DNA of 63,075 bases, the filler included, from Globobulimina sp. (taxonomy: Eukaryota): assembly GCA_003354225.1 (NCBI GenBank). It is 36 parts of 36 records of this genome, joined end to end, with 100 filler letters (N's around TTAATTAATTAA, not from the genome) between each part and the next. Parts side by side here need not be neighbours in the genome. Positions count along the whole stretch, not along the records: positions 45,636 to 47,289 come from PIVH01013556.1; positions 47,390 to 49,043 come from PIVH01013557.1; positions 49,144 to 50,797 come from PIVH01013558.1; positions 50,898 to 52,551 come from PIVH01013559.1; positions 52,652 to 54,305 come from PIVH01013560.1; positions 54,406 to 56,059 come from PIVH01013561.1; positions 56,160 to 57,813 come from PIVH01013562.1; positions 57,914 to 59,567 come from PIVH01013563.1; 28 more parts are not named here. The stretch is one strand, 5' to 3'. The notes below the pieces were generated by a model. It worked only from the letters and a program-made list of their open reading frames with translations. It was not told the origin of the DNA and did no database searches. The stretch's first letter is position 1. Each line of letters opens with the position of its first letter. A program made the position numbers and the translations under genes. This document shows positions 45,536-59,567 of the stretch, piece after piece.

Positions 45536-45635
45536 NNNNNNNNNNNNNNNNNNNNNNNNNNNNNNNNNNNNNNNNNNNNTTAATTAATTAANNNNNNNNN
45601 NNNNNNNNNNNNNNNNNNNNNNNNNNNNNNNNNNN

Positions 45636-46401
45636 ATTGCGGCGGTCCAAATAACGGGAAAAAGCAATGTAACACATATGTTACACGTTGGGATTTTTTC
45701 AATATCCATGCTATAAACCAGCCCGTATATATTATGATAAACCATGGATCCCATTCCTCCCAAACACACAAATATCTATCATCCAAACGCACTTTGAATG
45801 TGGGGAACGTAGTCAATGAGGCATTGGTGATTGGCAATATTAACATTATCGATGGTATCAATAATATATATCTTTTAAATTGAATGGATTCAATCAATAC
45901 TTCCAAAATATTAATACGTACTATCCATGTCACCAAATGGCTCATTGCATTGTCGTCACCAAACCAATAAACCAAACATATACTCAAATTTTGCAAAACA
46001 AAGGTCATATATTTTATTCGTATTAAAGGTGTGTTAGTTACAAATGTTTCGTCGAATAAATCTTTATAAAAAAAATGATCAGTAATAAATAGAATTAGTG
46101 GCAATACCACAGATAAGGTGAAGAATGACCAGACATTGGTGGTTCCAATCAAATACAAAAGCATTCCCACCAATAATATCAATGTAAACTTGGGAAACAA
46201 TTTGAATGTATCACTTTGGACAATTACCCATCTAAGATGTTCAAAATGTTTCTCTTGTGGTGGGGGAGTAATGGTCTCTGTTGGATGTGGATCCTGTAAT
46301 GCTGGTTGGTTCTCAGTTGCTGAAATGCTATATACTCGGTCCACTGGTGATGGTGGTTCATCGTCACTTGGTGGTTGTGCATCATTTGCTGGCTTTAACA
46401 T
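45636..46401 (-). CDS. Multi-pass membrane protein of unknown function (3' truncated)
   Basis: ATG ORF with about six hydrophobic segments. Confidence 0.65.
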
Positions 46402-46504
46402 CGTAACAGTTGTTTTTTTGAAAATGATGGTTGGTAGAAAATCCTGATTTCATTTTGCTTTCGGAATCATATTACTTTAAGTTTTTTAGTGTCTTTTTAT
46501 AACA

Positions 46505-47289
46505 ATGACAGAAGGCAAGCAGTCAGAGTTAAAATCTAGTCAATGGGATTTTGAATATGAACAACAATTATCGCAAGTAAATGGACAGCATGTTTTGGAT
46601 GACATTCAACTTACACTTGATCTCAACGAATCAGACCATTCAGATGATACTAACAATAATCAACATATTCGTAACATAAAAAATGATGATAATAATGATA
46701 ATCATAGTGTTTATACATTCAAATCAACGAAATCAATAAGATCTGCAAATTCAAATAAAAGTGATTGTGACGATTTTCATAATATTTTCTTTTCATCGAC
46801 AACCAATAATAATAATAATCAATCAAACAAAAATACAGCAATTACAAACCCAATCAAACCGAAAAAAAAAAGAAAGCGAAGATTTGAAGATATGATGAAT
46901 GACAATCAAACTATTTCAATTCATGCCATATCGGCCTCACATACTAACAACAACAATTCACAAATTTCCATCCATACAATATCATCATCTTCAACTTCCA
47001 GTTCAAATACGTCATTTCAAGCAATACACACATTTTCACATTCATATTGTTCAAATAATAAAAATAAAAAAAGAAAAACCAATATCAATCGGAATAACAC
47101 CATTCCAAATAAGTGGCGATGGGATCCACATATTTTTGCAGGAAACAACAATGTATGTTTTCGCGTAAAAGGGCTATACAATCCCGCCACCATTCAAGTG
47201 GTAACCGATGAATATTTTTTAGTTGAAAGCCACAATCCGGCGCCACACAGAAAAACACCGTTATGTTTTAAATTTAAATATGAGGATTA
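46505..47289 (+). CDS. Asn/Ser-rich hypothetical protein N-terminus
   Basis: ATG ORF open to contig end with KKKRKRR NLS-like tract. Confidence 0.6.
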
Positions 47290-47405
47290 NNNNNNNNNNN
47301 NNNNNNNNNNNNNNNNNNNNNNNNNNNNNNNNNTTAATTAATTAANNNNNNNNNNNNNNNNNNNNNNNNNNNNNNNNNNNNNNNNNNNNCAAAAAAAAAT
47401 ATTAG

Positions 47406-48765
47406 TCATATAACGCCAGCACTGCTAAACTGATCATAATCATAATCATCATATACAAAAGAAGGAGGCATGCAAATGTCCATTCCACTGTCATTAAAAT
47501 CATATTCATCAATTAAATGATTCATCGCATAATCTTCATCATTTGTATTTGGTGGTGCAGCCTTATCCGTTTTTATCTGCACAGTGAACAAACAAACAAA
47601 AATTGATTCAAACTATGTCATATAAGATGAGATAATGTACAAATAAAAGAGATACCTCATTCTTATAATTGTTTGATTTCTGGTTCATTTCCAATATTTC
47701 TAATGTATTTTGTAAAGTAGATATTTTTTGTTTTGATTTTATATTATCTTTGTTTAATTTTTCAATGATATCCATCATTTTTGTGAATGCGTTTATATCC
47801 ATATACACTTTATTTATATTTGCCTCTATTTGTGGAATATTCCCATTCAATATTCCATTAATCATCTCATTATCAACATGAATATGTTTTATTTTATGAT
47901 CGACATTCATTGTTCCATTCAGTTTGACATGAATGCAATGAATGGTTCTTTCAAATTGTTTCTGTAAATATTTGTGCATGTTTCCGAAATGAAAACAATT
48001 AAACAAACAACACTTAGAAAGGTACATACCTTAAAATAATCTGTGGCTTGGCGTCTATGAGTTGGAAATGACGGATCTGAAATATTGTTCATGTTTTCTT
48101 GTAATATAGCCTGGGTTTTTGTCTTTGTGGCAATTGCATGCTCAGTAATTAAATATGATCCCCGTGAAGATTTATCCAGAAAAACATGCACTGAACATAT
48201 TTTAGCTAAATATGCACTTACTAATGCTTTATAATATAACTCATGATCGGCGGACTCTTGGTTTGGTACAGATTTGATGGCTGCTGTTCTTGCGAACTGT
48301 TTGTTTAATTAATTTACAAAATATATGCAACAGACAGCATGAGATAACATATTTGTTAACAATTAAATTCAAATATATAACACATGCCTCTATTGATTGT
48401 TGTATCATATCATAAAATAGCGATTCACCATAAATCTTCGATCTACGGCCATTTAACCAATTTCTGGCTCTTTTGCTGTATTCTTTCTTTGTTTTTGGTA
48501 AATTTTGACACCGTCTTAATATTAATCCTTTCCATTCATAAATATAAAGCAAGTATTGTCTAATTTTATTATCATTTGTATTATATTTAAATTCAATACC
48601 ATTATCATTGATGTTTCCGAATATTTGTTTATTTACTTTTGTTGTTTCTTTATTTATCAATAGATCCAATGCGCTCAATCTAATTCGAATATTCTTTTCT
48701 TCACCGACCTGTATACGATGTTCACTATGTTGTATTGTGTCTTTGTACATAAATTTACTTAACAA
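47406..48765 (-). CDS. Multi-exon hypothetical protein (boundaries uncertain)
   Basis: Chain of same-strand ORFs separated by short AT-rich intron-like gaps. Confidence 0.4.
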
Positions 48766-49251
48766 TTAATTGGGATCGCAATTGTTGTACCCATTCATGG
48801 AAATATATTTCATTTGTTTTGTTGCGATGTTTCTTCTTGGAATGTTGCATGTTGTGAGAAAGTTGACAGTTCTGATGTTTTGTTTAAGCTTAGCCAGTTA
48901 TTTGCATCTATTATAACAAAACTTTTTTTTTACAATGTCCAAACGTGCTGCAACTGATTTGCCAATGCCTCCACCAAAAAAGATGAAACTTGGTGATATC
49001 GACCTCTCTGTGGACGATTTATTCGAAAACAAAAACGTGCACANNNNNNNNNNNNNNNNNNNNNNNNNNNNNNNNNNNNNNNNNNNNTTAATTAATTAAN
49101 NNNNNNNNNNNNNNNNNNNNNNNNNNNNNNNNNNNNNNNNNNNTATTACACGAAAAGAAAATATGAGTCCATCTTTTCAGTTAAAAGCTAACCGACGTTG
49201 ACGTCCAACATATTTTCTTTTTTTATTTCAAAAAAAAAGCTAGCTTGAATT

Positions 49252-50571
49252 TTATAAAAAATCAAATGTATTTTCATGATGATTAAACTGATCAAACCCA
49301 TCCATAGATTCCATGGCAAACATGTTGCAATCTTCCATTACAAGCGGGTCCGGCGTGAGATTGCCAAATAACATGAACTCGTCATCTCGTTCAAACGTAT
49401 GAGACGGTGTAGAAATCGTAGCATTTGACGAGGAGCTAAGATTAGGAAAGGTGTCATTGATAAATGTCTCTTGGAATGGATATGCATTGTTGTTGTTTGA
49501 TGGGAATATAATCGGAGCAGTATAATTATGATTTGCTGCCGGCTGTATATGTATATATGGCACCGGCACCGGTGGAGGAGGGACGAAATGCGGACTTTGT
49601 CTGTGTTTATACGGCAACGGTTTGGATTGGCATTGCTCATAATTCATATCATTCGCTGTGGGATTGCAAAATGGCATATTTATAATGCCGGTCGCTTCTA
49701 ATTTCACCTCACTCTCATCATTATACAGCGGCGTGTCCATTGTGTTAATCACCACCGCTTTGTACGCACAACTTATTTTTTCGAGTGTATCCGTAACCCA
49801 TTTATGAGCGTAGCTGCGCGCATTGTCCCCCTTCGTCTGTCAAGAACAGTATTATGTCAGTTGCGATTGTATGGAGTACGGAGTCTGTCACTTAACAATG
49901 CTCCATGGATTGCAATGTGTGTCGCCGAGTGCAATGAGTAAGTGTTGCACGGTGAGTTTGCACTTCTTTTCATTGAAGCATTGGTCCAATATTAATGGGA
50001 GAAATTTAGTGCGCGCAAACGAGATTTGTTCGTGAAAGATGGCGTGTAATATGGTGAAATATATCAAATCATAGCTCACAATGTGCATTGCATCCGGTTT
50101 ATAGCTGCAATATCTTTGCCTGTCATTGAAGCCAAGCATGTTTTGGATGTATGTCGGTAATATGTCATGGAATAAGGGATAGAAAAAGTGGTCGCCAATC
50201 CATTCTGCTTTGTATCTGTTCCACCAATTATCTGCATTCTTGAAATAGGATTTAATGTCGTATCGAGGTTTGCGTTTAGAACAAGTGAGTCCGGCCCAAT
50301 GATCCACCTTCGAATATAATGCTTGTTTGGATGAGTGTATTAAGGCTGACAGCTCGAACGAGCAAATGCTTAACGACTCATTGTGCGATGCTATCAATGC
50401 CATGATATGGTTGGATTTTGTATCCAAGATAATGCTGTTCAGACAGGTGTTTATTAAATGGGTTACCGACTCTGCGCGAAGATCAATATTTTCTCTCATT
50501 TTCAGCTTGATCATTGGCTTACATTTCTCGAACCATTCTTTCATTTCTGAAGCAGTCTCGACATCCGTCAT
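49252..50571 (-). CDS. Two-exon hypothetical protein
   Basis: Phase-0 intron 49837-49896 (GTTAAG..GACAG) joins ORFs 49888-50571 and 49252-49755. Confidence 0.7.
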
Positions 50572-50897
50572 CGTACTTAGCTCACTAAACAGGTTTTTTC
50601 AAAAAAAAAAAAGTTCAACACAAATTATTATTATTATTATTATTATTTAGCAGTATCTTGAAGGTTTGGAGCAACAATGGCATGGACACCTCCTTCAATT
50701 TGTGAATATTGCTGAATTTGCTCATTTTCATTTTTATATTTTTGAATGAAAAGAAGAATTTTTTTGCGATGTCCTTTTTTCTTTATGTCCATATCAANNN
50801 NNNNNNNNNNNNNNNNNNNNNNNNNNNNNNNNNNNNNNNNNTTAATTAATTAANNNNNNNNNNNNNNNNNNNNNNNNNNNNNNNNNNNNNNNNNNNN

Positions 50898-52392
50898 AAA
50901 TTAAAAAAAGCAATTGAAATCTTATCACCTGCAAAGGAAAAAAAAGCTATTTATTTAAACACAGAAGAAATAAAAATAACACAATCCATGCAATCAAAAA
51001 TCACACAATTCAAAAATATTGTTAATACCATCAATATGCAAGAAAATAATATGAATCAGCAAAAAAAACAAATAATAAACCAAATTAAAAATCAATTTAA
51101 CATTTTAAGTCAGAAATTATTGGATAAAAAATTGAAATTAATTGCTGAAATAAATTTAATTATTGACAAAAAAGTAAAATCAATACAAACAGAAATTATT
51201 TGTTATAACGAATCATTGGAAGAAATTGAAAATATCAAAGAACAAAATGATGAATTAATGGATGTGCCAATCAGTATAAATAAAATTGATAAACGACAGA
51301 TAAAAGTTTGTGAAAATTATAACGCGATTTTAAAAATTATAAATGATACAAATGAAAATAATTCGGTTGCCATTACAGGAAAAATGTCATTTAATATTGA
51401 TATGGATAATGCTTTGGAAGTTATGTGTTGTTATGTGACTTTGTAAAAAAATGCAGGTATATTATAATAATTAATTATATTATATACAGTTTATAAATAA
51501 ATTAGGATGTATCACAGAAACAGGTTTGCCAATAATAGAGAAACTGAGTCATGATAATGCGGGAAACGTTAAATTATTTTGGAAAATGGCAATGAATGAT
51601 GATATCAAAAATGATGATGATAAACAAATTCATATTGAATATCATTTGATTGCTGATGAGAGTAAAAGCAATGACACAAATTGGAAATCAAAAGATGTGT
51701 TTTTGAATAATAATATTTATGCAACAATCAAAGTAAATAAAACTGGTTCATATAATTTTAAAATTAAATATTATTCAAATAAAGTCTGGTCACAATATTC
51801 GAATATTAAATCAATTGACATCAATACAATTAATACTTTACCGATTTTAAAATGGAATACTAAGGAAAATATGTATGGACATTATAATACCGGCAAAACT
51901 AAAACAATATTTGTAAATGATAATACTGTTTCAATTTATTGGGCAACAGCCAGTGTTGATTATATTATTAAAGCACAAGATGTGGATGAATTTTGTTTTG
52001 AATTCCAAGTAAAGAATGTAGCTGCAAACAGTACAAGTCTTGATTCTGCATTTGGTTTCACCCAATATCCATTGGATAAATATGTTACAAATCTTAACAC
52101 TGCATTTTATTCACAGAATGCGTATGGAGTTTATTTTAATAATACAACTGCCACGGTTTATGCTGCAACAAAACAAATAAAAACATTGACTCTTCCACAT
52201 TCTGCAAAATATAAAGAAAATGATAAAATTGGATATAAAATTAATACGAAGAAGAAAACAGCAGAATTGTTTTATAATGGAAATAGTTTAGGAGTTATTT
52301 ATGAGAATATCCCAGATGAAATTATACCTTTAGTGAGCGGTAATGGATATTCTGGCAATGTTAACATTACTGTATATACTACAAAATTTTAA
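50898..52392 (+). CDS. TRIM-like coiled coil + FN3-like + SPRY protein (5' truncated)
   Basis: Long heptad region, intron ~51420-51489, VKLFW..YNFKIKY..WSQYSNI, DKIGYKIN..ELFYNGNSLGVIYENI. Confidence 0.8.
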
Positions 52393-52651
52393 TTAATAGA
52401 TCAGCTGTCATTATTGCGTTTTCAACTAAAATTTTTCTCACATGGCACTAGCGTCAAATAATCGAAACCTAATTTGTGTGATTTTTAGCATTGTTGTATA
52501 TCTGGTCTACGTAACACGTTCCATTGGCATTGAAGAAGATGAAGTGATGCGNNNNNNNNNNNNNNNNNNNNNNNNNNNNNNNNNNNNNNNNNNNNTTAAT
52601 TAATTAANNNNNNNNNNNNNNNNNNNNNNNNNNNNNNNNNNNNNNNNNNNN

Positions 52652-53975
52652 TGCGACGCCGTATTATTGCATATACGCAACAAATACGACGGTTTACGCG
52701 ACAATTCCTGCACTATAAAATCATTGATAATAGTAAACGAATGTGGTACAACATGTAATTGAAATTGACAGCTCATCAGCTGCACCATTTGTTTTTTCAT
52801 TTTCTTTCTACACTTTCTCGCCGACTGCAACTGTTGCTTTTCAATCAGTTGTTCCTTCTCTTCCTCCTCCTGTTGAATCTGCAAAGCTTGCTGCAACGTA
52901 TCGCCATGCACCACAAAAGTACCGTGATCTGCCGATAAATCCGACATTGAATCCACAGACAACTCACTCATCGAATCATCCTCCTCATCATCAGGCTCAT
53001 CGTCAGGCAAAGGTTCCTGTTCTTGTTTCACAGTGTTCCTATTCTTTAATCCCAATGGATCCAAATCGTTTATCAGCGACGAGCTCGCGTCCGTGCGCGA
53101 CACCTCCCGTTCGTAGGTAATGTTTTCTTTGATATCATAGCTCATACTGCCGGCCCTGCGCTTCTCCTGTTTATTGTAGTCGAGCGTGAATACATCCGAT
53201 GCTTTTTTAGCTGTGCTCTGGCCGCGCTGTGCAGTTTTAAATTGATTTAGCAACGCCATGTTGCCAGTGCCTGCAGCAAAGGTGGAGGCATTTTTGTTAT
53301 GCTGATCGTAGATATTTATAGAATACGACTCGGAGTATTTCCTATTCCCGCGGCCATGGCCGGGAGTCAGCTTGTTAGTGACTGGTACTTCTAAGGTCTT
53401 CATGTCAATGTTGTTTAATGTCAGCCCCGTACAGGTATTTCCAGTGTCGTCCATGGAGACGTTGATGGAGCGCGAATGCGAGGGTCTTTTGCGCTTTTTT
53501 GAACGCGATTTGTTTTTCTTTCTCCGGTTTTCTTTGTTGATCATATACTGTTTCTCCTCATCCACATCGTCCGTGCTTTGCGGTATCTTGTTATTGGATT
53601 CCAGCGCCTTTTCGTCACTGTCGTTATCATCATACTCTTCCTCCTCGTCAGTGGAGTGTATCACCATGGTTTCGTATTTGATTTGGCTCATTATATCATC
53701 AGAGATGCCAGAATCAAGCGAGCTGCGTATATGCCGATGCTGGCGTCGCGATAAAGAGGTTTGTTTCACGAAGGGACCGTCGCTGTCGTTCATAGGTGGT
53801 ACGCTTATAGGCGCTGTATTGCGTTCTTGTGATAACATGCTTTCTGTGCTACTGTCGTCATCATCCTGTTCCACAATACTCTCCAATTTATCAGTACGGG
53901 GCTGTACAGGTTGCTGCTGCGGTTCCTGTGGCTGTGGCTGCACTTCGCCGTATACCGGCGCAGTACGCGTCCGTT
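52652..53975 (-). CDS. Eukaryotic low-complexity acidic protein fragment
   Basis: Long D/E/S/Q-rich open frame, no recognisable domain; fused to bacterial DNA at its 5' side. Confidence 0.6.
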
Positions 53976-54305
53976 CAATAGCAATCCCGTAATCGCCCCA
54001 TAGAGCAGATGCTGACGCTTGGTCATCAAACCTCGTTCAATAGGCTGGGGGCCATAAAGATTACGAAAATAATTGTCCTTATCAACACCGAGAGCATAGT
54101 CAGTATAGTCATTGAAGAAATTATTGGTTGCATGGGCAAATGTCAGCCCTAGAACCAAAACTAACCAGGGGAAAAAGTCGAATACCCCATCACGCAATGC
54201 AAATAATCCTGCTAGCGCAGCAGAGATGAAGGTCATAATGAGAACAGCGGCACGGCTTGCAATTAGCCAACGCGAAATAAGATCAAGCTCATCCCATTCC
54301 TCTTT
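53976..54305 (-). CDS. Bacterial MenA/UbiA-family prenyltransferase fragment
   Basis: RWLIASRAAVLIMTF..AHATNNFFNDYTDYALGVD..YGPQP; NDYxD..GVD is the MenA Asp-rich motif. Confidence 0.82.
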
Positions 54306-54897
54306 NNNNNNNNNNNNNNNNNNNNNNNNNNNNNNNNNNNNNNNNNNNNTTAATTAATTAANNNNNNNNNNNNNNNNNNNNNNNNNNNNNNNNNNNNNNN
54401 NNNNNCATCTATGGCTTCAACTAAAACTAAAACTAAAACTAAATTTATATATTTAATACTTTTTTATTTTTTACCAGGTGTTTTTCAACACCACCAAACG
54501 TTAATAATTAAGTACATTGCTTTTCATTTTATAATTAAATAAACGTACATACAAATACTGCGTTCTTTTTTGATTGATATTAGGTATCACTTTCAATGAA
54601 AAATGTGCGGAATAGATTGTAAATAATTTAATATGCATTCAGGTTTGATATTTGCATAAAAACTATATGATATCAAACATTATTTTCTTTTTACTCTTTG
54701 CATGACATTTCCAAAAAAGTCGACGTCAGAAAACTGCAGTGTGGCAAAAAATGTTCACTCAATTAACAAAATTCATTTGTTTATTCCCATAATGGCATGA
54801 CGGGAATAAACCAGATGTTTATATATCGCATTAATTAAAATGGTAGATTCATATAACAAAACAAAACAAAACAAAACAAAACCGTCAAAGTCAAAAA

Positions 54898-54970
54898 GGG
54901 GTACTGGCGCAATCGGAAGCGCGTAACGTTCGCAACGTTAAGGCACCGGGATCGAAACCCGGGTACTCCA
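54898..54970 (+). tRNA. tRNA-Ala(CGC), eukaryotic type
   Basis: GGGGTAC/GTACTCC acceptor stem with G3:U70, GCGC D-stem, TAACG-TTCGCAA-CGTTA anticodon arm, CCGGG-ATCGAAA-CCCGG T-arm, no encoded CCA. Confidence 0.93.
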
Positions 54971-55925
54971 TATATTTATTCTCATTCTCATTACATGTAT
55001 ACTTTTCTTTTTTTTGTTTCGTGTGCGGAAAAAAATGCATTGCTGTTTAACAATAAATAAATGTTTTGAGTTTGCAGTTAGTTTGCATTGGATTTATATT
55101 TAATATTACATACAAATAATAAAAATGTGCATAATATAACAGCGATTTCTGTAATCATCTTGTTAGTAAATGTTGACATCATTTGAGTCAAACATGAATG
55201 TTTTCAGAGCAGAGTTAGTAGCTAGAATTACGCATCGAATGTCGTTTTTTGGTGTCAAATGTTTGAGAAGATTGGAAATCTTATATTGTCATCATTAACG
55301 AATAACGATGGAAAATATTATATTCATTTGCAAAGAAAAATTAAAGCGACTCATTGAGATTATTGTGTCAATGGACAGGACACAGGCAAACCGCACCGCC
55401 ATTGATCGCATCGCATCGCATCGCATCGTATTTAGCATCAAAAGCAGAAGAAAAACTGCAACAACATACTGTCGAATTATCCAATTGCAACTATGCACAC
55501 TTTCCATTACAAAATGCACATAAAGCAAAAGCTGCGACTTTAATATCCAATCAATGAATGATAAATCGATAAAGGAGCAGTTATAAAGGAGATAAAGGAT
55601 AATATTGCATGGAAATGGTGATTTTATGATGATTTATGTGTGCAATTTGAAATTGGTGTATATGATTCTGGCAAGCTAATTTTTGTATTTTTCATATTGA
55701 AGCATTATTTTTTATTGTTTGCACTCAGGAACAGAGAGAATGACATTTTTTGTAATAAAACATGGTGCTGCCAATAGATTTGTGTTAAAAAGTCCGAAAT
55801 TATAGAAAATCAAAAAAAATCCAAGCAAAGCAACTCAATTTTCATCATATTGAAACATCACAACACAAAAAACAAGCAATCAAAAAATCAATTATTCTCA
55901 ATCTCAATTTTCGAATTAATTAATT

Positions 55926-56059
55926 ATGTCAGCCCCAGCCCCAAAATTTATTTTTATGATTTGTAAAGCAATCGGTGGCACCAAATCAGGCAACAAAGGC
56001 GCCTCAAGAGCAGCCATCGCAAATTATATTATTGAGAATTTCGGAAAGACCGCCGGTGG
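55926..56059 (+). CDS. Linker histone H1 globular domain N-terminus (truncated)
   Basis: PKFIFMICKAI..KGASRAAIANYI matches H1 winged-helix consensus P.Y..MI..AI....GSS..AI.KYI. Confidence 0.75.
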
Positions 56060-56159
56060 NNNNNNNNNNNNNNNNNNNNNNNNNNNNNNNNNNNNNNNNN
56101 NNNTTAATTAATTAANNNNNNNNNNNNNNNNNNNNNNNNNNNNNNNNNNNNNNNNNNNN

Positions 56160-56310
56160 TAGGTTAATAATAAAATGTTAATGGTTCCCGATGAAACACA
56201 ACCTTTAAGAATTCAATTTTGACTTTCAATGTTTTTATTTTGAATAATCTGTAAAAAACTGTAAATTCAAAGAGTTTAAATGTTACCTTTAACATTTTAT
56301 TATTAACCTA
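56160..56310. mobile_element. MITE with ~24-bp TIRs flanked by TA
   Basis: TA-GGTTAATAATAAAATGTTAA(T/A)GGT...ACCTTTAACATTTTATTATTAACC-TA. Confidence 0.8.
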
Positions 56311-56336
56311 TTTTCCTTCCAGTCTTAGTAAAAAAC

Positions 56337-57813
56337 ATGATAACGGCAACAATAGCATCATTACTTTTCTATAGCATGTATATATCAAATACATTATCCA
56401 AGGTCATCTATCCCCGGTCTGTTTGTGTAATTGGCGATGTCCAAGCAGATTATAACCAAAACCGTGATCCACGAATATTAATGGGCACATACGACAAAAT
56501 GGACCAATCAGCAATAGTCCTCGACGAAGATATTGTAAATACCTCCGCCCCAATATATGAACATTTAAATTTCGGCGATACTGGAGAAGATGCAAAACAA
56601 CTATATTTATTTAAGCTCCACAACATTCATGACTATAATGGCTGGGCATTATCAGAAACATTACCCCTAAAAGGTAGCAGCATCAAGGTATTCTTAACGT
56701 GTTTCCAAGACTCTTTATTCGATTGTATCGTTCATAAATGGTATTGGGGTTATAATAGCTATGCATTTCCCATCAAGTCATTAAAAATATTAGGTGGAGA
56801 CTGTGCAGGTACCATCCCCTAAAATATACACATAAATAATATTAAATCACACACATATTAACAGCGGGAATGTGCCTCAGAAATCTAACCATCCAATTAA
56901 AACCAGACAATGAGATCAATAAAGGCAACCCGTCTCCCGGCGATTACAGTAAATTAGATGGCGAATTTTATCTCATATGGGACAGTTACACCGATCGCTA
57001 TCAATGGATCAATCAACGCGACCCAGAGATGCGTTGGTATTATCGCCACCTTACCGGCCCGAAGGAGACCTACAATTGGGTGTATAGTGAGAATACAAGC
57101 GATCGTGTTGCCTGCGCCCCTGGCTATGTAGAAATGCCTTTATTTTGCAATACATTTGTGTACGCCGGGAGTGAAGGCGGGGAAGATGGGTATGTCACAT
57201 ACAATCCTGACCTATCAAATGATACATTAGGTATACCTGCCTGGGCTGCAACAAATAATCAAATTGCTACTACCTTTGAATTAGGTGTTTGTGGTGATAC
57301 TAGTTCGCCAACAGTGGAACCTACACTTGAACCAACCACTGGCACTACAAATACAATGGAACCCACAGTGCTGTCACTGCTGTGTGCTTACAAAGGGGAC
57401 AACGTCACATTGAATGGCACCGTGTTTGAAGCGTGCGAGTTTGGATATTATGGCCCTGGCGATGTAGGTCGATGCTTATCCAATGGAGAAATTGGTGAAT
57501 GGTCAGATGGATGTTTTCAAATCTCTTTCAGTGATTATTTCTACGACTTTGATAATGATATATGGCAGGTATACACCACCGAGGATGTCCGGGGTGAGGC
57601 TACCATCGCCTTGGATGGCAGCAATTCATTGCGTTTTATCCCAGAAGATGAGGCATTAGTGGGCGTAATACGCAGTAAACAACGGATAAACTGGCCTATG
57701 CGCCTACGTACAGTGGTAGAAAAACGTAAAAATGAATGTAATTTATGGGCGGTGAGTCTTGGTGTAGAATGGGATTCGCGTTCACCGTTTAGTGCCAGTA
57801 CCAACTGGGCCTG
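56337..57813 (+). CDS. Secreted/surface Cys- and Trp-rich protein with PT-rich spacer (3' truncated)
   Basis: Signal peptide, intron ~56808-56864, SPTVEPTLEPTT spacer. Confidence 0.7.
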
Positions 57814-59010
57814 NNNNNNNNNNNNNNNNNNNNNNNNNNNNNNNNNNNNNNNNNNNNTTAATTAATTAANNNNNNNNNNNNNNNNNNNNNNNNNNNNNNN
57901 NNNNNNNNNNNNNGATAGCATGGCTTATCGCTGTTTAATGACATTATTGAATTTAATCCATTAATACATACAACAAAATAGCTTATTATCTTAATTCAAA
58001 AATTATTTTCGCAATGTAACGGGACTCCAATGAATGGTCAATGGAATTGGTATGGTTTAATTATAGCAATCCGGAGTTTAGGATTTCACTTAAACGCAAA
58101 TTAAGACTTGAACTGAGTATTAACAATGCAATGATAAATGCATATGTTGTGGCCATGGCGTTATTTGCAAATATGGAAAGGGGGTCATTCATAAACATGA
58201 CTTGATTGTACGTGGCATTCTATTGAAAAAAGCACATTTTTGACAATATAATAACATGAAACCAGCTGATATTTATATAAATCACTGGGGTGAGAATGGA
58301 GAAGAACTCAGTTGTATGTAACAGTCGTTTTGAAACAGAGAGAAGATGAATGAAGTGATATACTATGGTGGAACGCACAAACAAACAGTAAAATTTATTA
58401 AGAGAATTGCTAAGCTTCGAGCAGCTTCGATCGCGAATTCAATTAATGACGAAATATCATGATCAATTTCAACTGGATATTGTTTTGAATATATGTCGTA
58501 TCGCTTCTTCATCATTATTCGATTTATAATAAAGCATATATTGAATAATATTATATTAAGACAATTTAATTTAAGTTATTTGGGGCTATCTTGGTTCATT
58601 GTTGTTTTGTTCTTGTTTGAAAAATGTATACAATGTAACTGTGTGGTTTGACGCTAACCAATTTAATTAATTTCATAGATTCCGGTCTCTTTCTTGCAAA
58701 AAAAAAATAACAACAATAAATTGTCCAATAATTAAACATAAACGTAATTAAAAGATTTGCCGAGCAGCAATAACAATTTCTTATTCATCCAAATTATACA
58801 AATTTTGTATCCAATGTCCAAATGATGCATACACAGAACTCCATGTTGCCAAAATTAATGACAGTACAAATACAATCAATCAAAATTTCTTTTGTACAAA
58901 AAAATGAATTAAATACAAAACACTGCATTTAATATTGATAAGACAGCAAAAATGACCATTTTAAAATTATTGTAATACAAAAGCAAAATTAAAACAAACC
59001 AAACAAACAA

Positions 59011-59567
59011 TCACATACATTCAAAAAGTAATAAATCTTGTTTATATCCATACGAATCACTTGTTTGTTGTATTGACATTTTTATTTGTGGATATTTAAT
59101 GTTTAATGATGATGCAATTGATGAATATACATAAAATAACCAACTTCGTCTATCTCCACCTTCTTCATCCAAATCCTTCCAAGCCCCATATAATGAACAC
59201 TTGATTTTATTTGTTTTTCTTGTTTCACTTAAAATATCCAATAAACCACATAATGAAAATTGATATGAATAAGATCCATTCCACTCTGTACATTGAATAA
59301 TAATATGATTCAAATTTGGAAATAAATTTATCAAACTACTCTTCAATAAATTCCTGCCACCAATAATCTCTTTATATGACACATTATCTTTATCCTTACC
59401 CACAGAATCTGATGATTCCACAATCAAATCTTGTAAAACTGCGGGATATGCATCTACAACATACCACAAATTGATATTTAATGTTTTCTTACTAAATCTA
59501 AACATTTTAAATGTATCCTCAACATATGCTGGGATTGATTTATTCTCTGCAAATAAAAAACTTATTA
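59011..59567 (-). CDS. Hypothetical protein C-terminus
   Basis: Frame open from near contig end to stop, followed by a U-rich 3' region. Confidence 0.55.

Noticed and set aside
53372-53992. Plus-strand 206-aa ORF and similar antisense ORFs (3018-3460, 15749-16499, 38749-39642)
   Set aside because: Shadows of low-complexity coding sequence on the other strand or frame.
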